Below, one piece after another: positions 57,130 to 64,000 of a DNA stretch of 64,000 nt (position 1 is its first letter; the number at the start of each line of letters is the position of its first letter). The stretch is from Candidatus Kapaibacterium sp. GTDB taxonomy: Bacteria; Patescibacteriota; Patescibacteriia; UBA9934. The stretch spans positions 178,295 to 242,294 of the forward strand of contig JBILHA010000002.1 in assembly GCA_044350705.1 (NCBI GenBank), read 5' to 3'. The notes beneath the pieces are model-generated. The model did not search any database. It saw nothing but the letters and a program-made list of their open reading frames with translations, and was not told the DNA's origin. The translations under genes and the position numbers were made by a program.

Positions 57130-58347
57130 TTACACGCTCTCTTTCACTAATCTCACAAAGCTGCGCTTTCCCTTTTGAAGAACGAGGGGGAGCGTTGATG
57201 CGTCGAGCGTTGCGGCAACGTCTGAAACGACGTTTTCACCAAGCTTTACGCCGCCTTGTTCAATAAGCTGGCGTGCGTTTGTTTTTGATGTGGCAAGTTT
57301 TGTGTTCACGAGAATGTCTACAATGGACATTCCGTCTTCAACCTTTACTTCATCCATTTCTTCTGGGAGTGCATGTTTTTGAAAAACGTTCACAAAGTGC
57401 TCGCGAGCTTTTTGCGCGGCATCTTGACCGTGATACATGCGCACCACTTCTTCTGCGAGTTCCATTTTTATATTGCGAGGATTTTCACCTTGCTCAAGGC
57501 GCGCCTTACTATTGCTCAGTATCTCTTCGCTTGCGTCGAGCACGTGTGCAAAATATGGCACGATCATGCTATCACCCATCGCCATAATCTTTCCGAACAT
57601 ATCTTCCGGAGTATCATCGATTGCGATCATTCCTCCTTCTGACTTGCTCATCTTTTTCCCTTCTTCATTCGTGAGGAGCTTTACTGCGACAACAAATTTT
57701 TCTTTTGGTTTATGACCAAGCACGCCTGCTTTCATGAGGGTACGACCGGCAAGCATGTTAAACGTTTGATCGTTTCCGCCGATTTCAATATCAACCTCCA
57801 TTGCTACAGAATCGAAGCCCTGCATGAGTGGGTACATGAATTCATGCAGGCCAATAGGCCTTTCTTCGTTCCAGCGCTTCTCGAACATGTCACGTTCCAT
57901 CATTTGCTGAACGGTGAATTGCGACGTGAGTTCGAGGACGTCTTTAAATGAAAGCTTCGCGAGCCATTCGTCGTTGAACATGAGCTTTGCAGGATTCTCG
58001 CCGTCAAAGCGGATAATCTTTGCCGCTTGTTCTTTGTAGGTTTTCGCATTTGCCATGACCTCTTCTGCAGTCAGTTGCTTTCGCGTTGCTGACTTGTCCG
58101 TAGGATCGCCGATCATGGCCGTGAAAGAGCCGATCAGCAAAATAACTTCGTGTCCGAGATCTTGAAACTCACGCAACTTTTTGAATTGCATGGCGTGTCC
58201 AATGTGCAAATGTGGTGACGTTGGATCAACCCCTACGTAGAGACGAAGCTTTTTTCCCGATTTCAACACTTCGCGAAGCGCATCTGCCGTGGGGTAAATG
58301 CGTTCGACGTTATGGGTAAGGGCTTTTTCAATTGCTTTGGGATCCAT
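57130..58347 (-). CDS. tyrS: Tyrosine--tRNA ligase
   Basis: GVDPTSPHLHIGH, YPLMQGFD, GGNDQ, KMSKS, S4 domain. Confidence 0.97.
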   Translation of the reverse strand: MDPKAIEKALTHNVERIYPTADALREVLKSGKKLRLYVGVDPTSPHLHIGHAMQFKKLREFQDLGHEVILLIGSFTAMIGDPTDKSATRKQLTAEEVMANAKTYKEQAAKIIRFDGENPAKLMFNDEWLAKLSFKDVLELTSQFTVQQMMERDMFEKRWNEERPIGLHEFMYPLMQGFDSVAMEVDIEIGGNDQTFNMLAGRTLMKAGVLGHKPKEKFVVAVKLLTNEEGKKMSKSEGGMIAIDDTPEDMFGKIMAMGDSMIVPYFAHVLDASEEILSNSKARLEQGENPRNIKMELAEEVVRMYHGQDAAQKAREHFVNVFQKHALPEEMDEVKVEDGMSIVDILVNTKLATSKTNARQLIEQGGVKLGENVVSDVAATLDASTLPLVLQKGKRSFVRLVKESV

Positions 58348-58365
58348 ATTTTTTCTTGTTGACGC

Positions 58366-58392
58366 TGGATTCCGGGTCAAGCCCAGAATGAC
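58366..58392. repeat. REP-like palindrome between valS and tyrS
   Basis: tggattccgggtcaagcccagaatgac. Confidence 0.7.
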
Positions 58393-58396
58393 CAGT

Positions 58397-61009
58397 CTAT
58401 TGTGCCACAGTTGCAAGTTCGCGACGAAGAGCCTCGAGGCGCACTTCTGCATCAGCGAGCTTTTGTTTTTCTTGAGTTACGACCGCCTCAGGAGCGCGCG
58501 CAATAAAGTCCGCGTTCTCGAGTTTTGCGGAGAGTTGTGTAACAAATTTCTCTACAGATGCGATCTCTTTTTCAAGGCGTTCACGCTCTTTAGCAAAATC
58601 CACCATTCCTGCAAGCGGAATTGCGATGGTCATATTCCCCACTACCGCCTTGGCAACGCCTGCTGATGGAATTTCGTCTACGGATTCGATGGTGACGCGA
58701 GCCATTTTTTCGATGGCGATAATGTTTTCTGCGTGAGACGCCATAAATAGCGTCTGTACATTTGCCACAATCTGCGTTTTTTGATCTACCTTATATTGCG
58801 CTCGAATATTGCGAATTGTCGTAATGATTTCTTGTACTTCGATAAATTTCTTTTCCGCTTCTTCATTTACGAACGATTTCAGCGCAGAAACATCTGGCCA
58901 CTGTGCAACAACGATCAAACCGTTATTCCACTGCTTGTATACCTCTTCGGTTACAAACGGCATGAATGGATGCCACATGATGAGGAGGCGCTCAAGAATA
59001 AAGAGCAACATCTCTTCTTTTTCTCCTTCTGCTTTTGCAACCTCGAGATACCAGTCCGCAAACTCTCCCCATGTAAAATCACGGAGGATTTCTCCTGCCA
59101 ATGAGAGGTCATACGTCTCCTGCATACGCGTCACCTTTTCAACAACCGTTGCAAAACGAGAAAGAATCCACTGATCAGCAAGGGTTTTTGGCGTGACCGA
59201 TTCTACATGACGAATTTCCGCAACTCCTCCAAGGACAAAGCGAGAAATATTCCAGAGCTTGTTTGTAAAGTTGCGGAAGCCAGCAATTTTTTCCTCGGAA
59301 AGCTTCATGTCATTTCCTGGAGAGCTTCCAAGTACGAGGGAGAGACGCGTTGCGTCTGCACCGTACTTTTCGATCATCGTAAGCGGATCGATGATGTTTC
59401 CGAGCGACTTACTCATCTTTCTTCCCTGTTCATCGCGTACAAGTCCGTGCAGGTACACCGTCTTGAACGGAATGTCGTTCACGAGATACGTAGACATGAG
59501 GATCATGCGCGCAACCCAGAAGAACAAAATGTCGTATCCGGTTTCGAGCACGGAGGTTGGATGGTACAGCTTGAGATCTTCTGCGTTTTCGTTTGGCCAG
59601 CCGAGCGTAGAGAATGTCCAAAGACCTGAAGAGAACCAGGTATCGAGCGTGTCTTCATCTTGGGTCCATCCTTCCCCTTCGGGAGCCTCTCCTACGACTA
59701 TTTCTTCGTTGCGGTACCAAACGGGAATACGATGACCAAACCAAATCTGGCGGCTAATACACCAGTCGCGGAGATTATCAATCCAATGGAAGTAGGTGCG
59801 TTCAAAGCGATCGGGGAGAATTTCAACCTTCTTACTACGTACCGCGTCTTGCATGAGCGACTTAAGCGTCACCATCTTTCCGTCGCGCTCGAATTCTTTG
59901 TTTACGTTTACAAACCACTGAAGCTTGGGAAGAGGCTCGATCACTCCCCCTGTACGCTCTGCCGTGGAGAGATTCTGCATGGTTTTTTCTTCATTTTGAA
60001 GCAATCCTTCTTTTTTGAGCCATTCAACCCCCGCTTCACGCGCTTCTTTTGTGGTCATGCCTGCAAGCATTCCTGCGTTTGGCATCATGCGCGCGTTTTC
60101 ATCAATCACCTGCTTCATTTCCAAGCCATGACGCTGGGCAATTTCTGCGTCGATGGTGCTGTGTGCCGGCGTTACGCCAAGCGCGCCCGTTCCAAATGCA
60201 GGATCAACCGATTCATCAGCAACGACTTTTACCGAAATTTTTGCTCCGGCAAATTCCATATCGAATGTTCTTCCTACGTATTGTGCGTAACGCTCATCTG
60301 AAGGATGTACGGCAACCGCAGTATCTCCCACTTTTGTTTCGGGACGAGTGGTGGAAATGGCAATAGGAAAATCTTTGCTGTAGGTGAAGGTATACAGCAT
60401 GGCTTCGACCTCTTTATAAACAATTTCATCATCAGCGATCGTGGTTTGTCCGACAGGGTCCCAGTTAATAACACGATTTCCTCGATAAATAAGACCGTCG
60501 TCGTACATGCGCTTGAAGGCCGTGTTTACCGCGAGATTGCGCGCATCGTCGAGCGTGTACGCTTCGCGACTCCAGTCTACTGAGGAGCCCATTTTCTTTA
60601 CCTGGTTCACGATCGTGTCATGACTTTCTTGCGCAAAGGCACGCACGCGATCCAAAAATGCTTCACGTCCAAGATCATGACGAGACTTTCCCCCCTCTTC
60701 TTTGATGATTTTTTCTACCTTCGACTGCGTTGCGATTGCCGCATGGTCAGTACCCGGAAGCCAGAGCGCTTTCTTTCCTTGCAAACGCGCAAAACGCACC
60801 ATCGCATCTTCAATGGCGAGCATGGTTGCATGCCCCATATGCAATGTTCCCGTCACGTTTGGTGGAGGCAGCACAATCGTGAAAGACTCCGTCCGGTTAC
60901 CTGGAAGGTTATCAGGATTGAAATAGCCGCTTTCGAGCCAAGCTTGGTAAATGGCATCCTCGATGCCTTGTGGCTCGTACGCTTTTCCCATGGACTGCAG
61001 ATCTGACAT
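58397..61009 (-). CDS. valS: Valine--tRNA ligase
   Basis: PPPNVTGTLHMGH, DWCISRQIWFGH, KMSKS, C-terminal coiled coil. Confidence 0.98.
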   Translation of the reverse strand: MSDLQSMGKAYEPQGIEDAIYQAWLESGYFNPDNLPGNRTESFTIVLPPPNVTGTLHMGHATMLAIEDAMVRFARLQGKKALWLPGTDHAAIATQSKVEKIIKEEGGKSRHDLGREAFLDRVRAFAQESHDTIVNQVKKMGSSVDWSREAYTLDDARNLAVNTAFKRMYDDGLIYRGNRVINWDPVGQTTIADDEIVYKEVEAMLYTFTYSKDFPIAISTTRPETKVGDTAVAVHPSDERYAQYVGRTFDMEFAGAKISVKVVADESVDPAFGTGALGVTPAHSTIDAEIAQRHGLEMKQVIDENARMMPNAGMLAGMTTKEAREAGVEWLKKEGLLQNEEKTMQNLSTAERTGGVIEPLPKLQWFVNVNKEFERDGKMVTLKSLMQDAVRSKKVEILPDRFERTYFHWIDNLRDWCISRQIWFGHRIPVWYRNEEIVVGEAPEGEGWTQDEDTLDTWFSSGLWTFSTLGWPNENAEDLKLYHPTSVLETGYDILFFWVARMILMSTYLVNDIPFKTVYLHGLVRDEQGRKMSKSLGNIIDPLTMIEKYGADATRLSLVLGSSPGNDMKLSEEKIAGFRNFTNKLWNISRFVLGGVAEIRHVESVTPKTLADQWILSRFATVVEKVTRMQETYDLSLAGEILRDFTWGEFADWYLEVAKAEGEKEEMLLFILERLLIMWHPFMPFVTEEVYKQWNNGLIVVAQWPDVSALKSFVNEEAEKKFIEVQEIITTIRNIRAQYKVDQKTQIVANVQTLFMASHAENIIAIEKMARVTIESVDEIPSAGVAKAVVGNMTIAIPLAGMVDFAKERERLEKEIASVEKFVTQLSAKLENADFIARAPEAVVTQEKQKLADAEVRLEALRRELATVAQ

Positions 61010-61162
61010 AGTGGATAGAGTGTAACGAATCGTGTGTTTTGTGTCACCTGAGCCGCTTTATAAAAAAGAGCTGCGGCATTTTTTCGCCAACCTTCCTTCT
61101 TCCCACAGAAATGCTTGACTCCGGGGGTCCGTCTTTGTACCTTTCCCCCTTATCTTCCTCCT

Positions 61163-62284
61163 GTGGCAAAAGATATTCTGACTCAATGGAAAGATGCCAT
61201 TTGGGGCGCTGAGCGTCCACTTTTCGTGCTCCCTCGAAGTGTTGATACGGACATGTTTGCCGCAGCTTGCGCTCTTGGGCATGCCCTGCAGCAAACCGGG
61301 CGTACGGTTACTTTGCTGTGTCCGAGAACCATGAGTACTCATGCAGAATTTCTCATTGGCTCCCTTGTCGTTAAGCGTTCTCTTGAAGAAATCCGGACAT
61401 ATACGTGCACCCTTCCTTCTGCACTTGTCGTTTCGCAGGTGACTCATGAGCTTCTCCCTACGGGCGGAGGAAATATCACCCTCCATCTGGAGCACCCCCT
61501 CCCCTCTCCGGCACTTCCCCAACTCCATTTCTCCACTACACTCCCCCCTTTTGATCGCCTCATTGTTTTTGGCGCACAAGATCTTTCTGAAGTTGCTCCT
61601 CTTTTTGGCGATGCTCATGCTCTTCTCGCTCAAACACCTCTTGCTACCCTCAGTTGGCAGCCTGCCACGGAGCCTTTTGGGCGTTGGAATATTGTTTACG
61701 AACAAGCTACGACTCTTTCAGAAGTAGTTGCCGGACTCCTTCGAGACCTTTCCCCCGAGAGCTTAAAGGATCATGTCGCGACGTGTGCGCTCGCAGGAAT
61801 TATTGCAAAAACGAAGCATTTTCGTTCTGAACTTGTCACTCCTTCCCTGCTCAATATGTGCGCAGACCTCGTTGCAGCAGGTGCAGATCGACTCAAGATC
61901 ATTGAAGAGCTCTATCGAACTCGCTCGGTAGATACTCTCCGGCTTTGGGGTGCCGCCTGCTCTCGTTTGCAAGAAATTGTTCCCGGAATTCTTTCTTCGG
62001 AAATTACCGAAGAGGATTTTCTCCGCACGCATACCACTTCCGAAGCACTTCAAGATATCGCACAGGAGGTACTTCAGAGTAGTGAAAAAACACACGAAGT
62101 CCTCTTCTTCTATCATGAGCGCGACATCCTTCACGCACGGGTTGTTGCAAAACGTCCTTTTGATGCGAGAACTTTTATCGGCGCGCTCCGTACTGAAGGA
62201 ACGCGCGAATCAGCAGTTCACATTTTTGAAAAAGAGACTTCGAGCAGTCACATTATCGAGCAGCTTCGGAAAGCAGCATCGTAA
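61163..62284 (+). CDS. DHH (NrnA-like) phosphoesterase homologue with degenerate active site; probable GTG start
   Basis: DTDMFAAACAL, FGRWNIV, LAGIIAKTKHFR, GAD...I...LY, LRLWG; SWQ in place of DHH. Confidence 0.75.
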   Translation: MAKDILTQWKDAIWGAERPLFVLPRSVDTDMFAAACALGHALQQTGRTVTLLCPRTMSTHAEFLIGSLVVKRSLEEIRTYTCTLPSALVVSQVTHELLPTGGGNITLHLEHPLPSPALPQLHFSTTLPPFDRLIVFGAQDLSEVAPLFGDAHALLAQTPLATLSWQPATEPFGRWNIVYEQATTLSEVVAGLLRDLSPESLKDHVATCALAGIIAKTKHFRSELVTPSLLNMCADLVAAGADRLKIIEELYRTRSVDTLRLWGAACSRLQEIVPGILSSEITEEDFLRTHTTSEALQDIAQEVLQSSEKTHEVLFFYHERDILHARVVAKRPFDARTFIGALRTEGTRESAVHIFEKETSSSHIIEQLRKAAS

Positions 62285-62303
62285 ACTCTGCTATACTTTC
62301 TCC

Positions 62304-63590
62304 ATGCTTGCTCCGTGGATTTCTCCCCTGCCTCCCGTAGATCGAGTGGGATATCACATTGCACACACGCCTGAATTTGCGTGGGTCTTTCGTTTTTTGC
62401 GCGCATTTCCACGCACATCCGCCGCCCTTGTAGGAAGCACCGTTCGCGATGCGATCATGGGTCGTCTTCCTCATACTGGACACCTTCTTATTACTCACCT
62501 TTCTCCTGCTCGGGCACAGGCATGGCTTCATACCTCTCCTGCTCCTTCTTTTTTACAGGTCACCTTTTCTCCTCGACCCATAAGCGCCTTTCTTGCTTCG
62601 CAGGTTTTTACCCCCGATGCACTTGCTTATGATATTGGGCGAGGCATCCTTCATGATCCTTTTGATGGCATGAGCTCGTTGCAACAGGGTCTTCTTACCA
62701 CCGTTCCCGATCCCTCCGCGCATTTCAGGCAATCCCCTGAAGATGCTTTTGCTGCACTCCGCTTAAGCGCTCAGCTTGGCCTTTCCCCAAGTCCGAGAGT
62801 CTGGAAGGCGGCCATTCAGCATCTCCCCCGAGTCAATCACCTCACCACCGACGAGCAAGGCTTTGCCACGTACCGCACCCCTCGTCACCATCTTGTGCGG
62901 GAAGGGCTTCTTGCGCTCAAGCACGGACTGTATGGTTGGGAGCTCTTTTCTCGTGCTCGCGCCGTCCCCTTCTCCTTCCCTCATCTTCGTGATTCCGAAG
63001 ACCATGAGCAAGCATCTTCCCATGTCGCCGGTATCCATGACGACCAGGTACGCTCACGTTATGGTGCTACCCCGCTTTCTGACACCCTTACCGCGGCTGC
63101 GCTTTTCAATCATCATCACGACCGCGCTCGACACTATGACCTCCATGCTCATCACATGAGCCATCACCATGTTTCGCATCCCCGTCTCTCTTTCTCTCGA
63201 CCCACCGTTACTCAAACGCTCGCAAAAGCCCAAGCGCTTCTTACGGAGAATCCTTCTCTTTGGCCGCTCTCCCGTACCGAAAAAGTGCTCATGGGCCCTC
63301 AGGGAGCAGAAGCAATCGCCCTTGCACACCTTGCGACACTGCATGACCGTTCCCTCAGAGAACAATCAACGCATATTGCCCGCGCCGCCCTCACTCGCGA
63401 CCAGCTCGTTCGCGACGTTCGCCCTATTCCTCTTCTTCGTGGACGCGATCTTCTTCCTCTTGGCCTCTCGTCGGGACCCCATCTTCGCTCTTATCTTAAC
63501 CGCGTACGGGATGAACAGCTCAAAGGCGATCTTCACACTCGAGAAGATGCCCTTCATTTCGTGCGTACGCTTGTTCGCCAGCAGCTCTAG
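62304..63590 (+). CDS. CCA-adding enzyme / poly(A) polymerase homologue with degenerate catalytic motifs
   Basis: LVGSTVRDAIMG, FTPDALAYD, LHDPFDG, C-terminal LLRGRDLLPLGLSSGP; DxD and RRD absent. Confidence 0.8.
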   Translation: MLAPWISPLPPVDRVGYHIAHTPEFAWVFRFLRAFPRTSAALVGSTVRDAIMGRLPHTGHLLITHLSPARAQAWLHTSPAPSFLQVTFSPRPISAFLASQVFTPDALAYDIGRGILHDPFDGMSSLQQGLLTTVPDPSAHFRQSPEDAFAALRLSAQLGLSPSPRVWKAAIQHLPRVNHLTTDEQGFATYRTPRHHLVREGLLALKHGLYGWELFSRARAVPFSFPHLRDSEDHEQASSHVAGIHDDQVRSRYGATPLSDTLTAAALFNHHHDRARHYDLHAHHMSHHHVSHPRLSFSRPTVTQTLAKAQALLTENPSLWPLSRTEKVLMGPQGAEAIALAHLATLHDRSLREQSTHIARAALTRDQLVRDVRPIPLLRGRDLLPLGLSSGPHLRSYLNRVRDEQLKGDLHTREDALHFVRTLVRQQL

Positions 63591-63602
63591 CTTTCCTTTG
63601 CG

Positions 63603-63631
63603 TTGACGTTCGCTTTTCCAAACGCTATACT
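63603..63631 (+). promoter_or_regulatory. Sigma70 promoter for tRNA-Val(GAC)
   Basis: TTGACG-17 nt-TATACT. Confidence 0.75.
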
Positions 63632-63658
63632 CTTGCCCGGTTCCTGCCTTTATTTCGC

Positions 63659-63735
63659 GGGCGATTAGCTCAGTTGGTTAGAGCGTCACATTGACATTGT
63701 GAAGGTCAGAAGTTCGAGTCTTCTATCGCCCACCA
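63659..63735 (+). tRNA. tRNA-Val(GAC), CCA encoded
   Basis: TCACA-TTGACAT-TGTGA, GTTCGAGTC, ends ACCA. Confidence 0.97.
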
Positions 63736-63768
63736 AAAAACCGCTTCCTTTTGAGAAGCGGTTTTTTG

Positions 63769-64000
63769 CTACTTTCGCTCTTCTGACCTTCGAAAAATGA
63801 GCATCATGCTCAATCCCACGGCCATGAGCAGGAGGAACCAAAGTATTCCTGAGGAAAATACTCCGCTTTCCCCACAAAGAAAAATAAGCTGAAAAGCATC
63901 CCCTATCGTCTCTCCTCGCTCAGTACAGCTTGAGGATTGAGCAAGTATCTGGCTTCCCATCCATGCCGCCCCATACGCTGCACTCATACTGAGTAAGGTA
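63769..64000 (-). CDS. 3' end of a membrane protein (partial)
   Basis: Frame open to the window edge, hydrophobic segment, followed by a hairpin at ~63735-63767. Confidence 0.55.
   Translation of the reverse strand, partial: TLLSMSAAYGAAWMGSQILAQSSSCTERGETIGDAFQLIFLCGESGVFSSGILWFLLLMAVGLSMMLIFRRSEERK

Noticed and set aside
57089-61060. T-box leaders for valS, tyrS or argS
   Set aside because: Intergenic gaps are only about 40-50 nt and contain a REP-like palindrome or 9-bp repeats; no T-box consensus upstream of valS
61950-62303. 118-aa N-terminal extension of the CCA-like ORF, or a DHH-CCA frameshift fusion
   Set aside because: The extension overlaps the DHH-like gene in another frame; the DHH-like gene has its own stop and the CCA-like gene its own -10 box and ATG at 62304

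Overview
Bacterial genomic DNA in genetic code 11 (TGA is used as stop), with most genes on the minus strand. Gene content and style point to a Patescibacteria/CPR organism, probably Parcubacteria such as Uhrbacteria (inference). Housekeeping genes: recG, rsmA, prfB, groEL/groES with a CIRCE, yidC, nusA, argS, tyrS, valS and 7 tRNAs. Other modules: an FMN-binding lipoprotein + ApbE + RnfD/NqrB-like-FNR flavinylation operon, a znuACB operon with an embedded YibE/F gene, and a DsbA-VKOR pair. A CPR-type T4SS-like locus (comF, VirB8-like, VirB4, PrgI, VirB6-like) sits beside a 3122-aa Cys/Asp-rich giant protein. Between them lies a ~4.5 kb accessory island with a GIY-YIG remnant, a high-GC M23 lipoprotein, a DUF559 nuclease and a second high-GC lipoprotein, bounded by REP-like palindromes. 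The most notable unexplained signals are: (1) a family of ~125-nt covarying hairpins with a GGCGTAC-loop-GTACG apex directly upstream of three tRNAs; (2) an adjacent pair of intact but catalytically degenerate DHH and CCA-adding-enzyme homologues, while all 7 tRNAs encode CCA; (3) native genes with -10 boxes 6-10 nt from the start codon versus high-GC genes with Shine-Dalgarno sites and structured leaders. All protein calls rest on motifs read by eye; no database searches were run.
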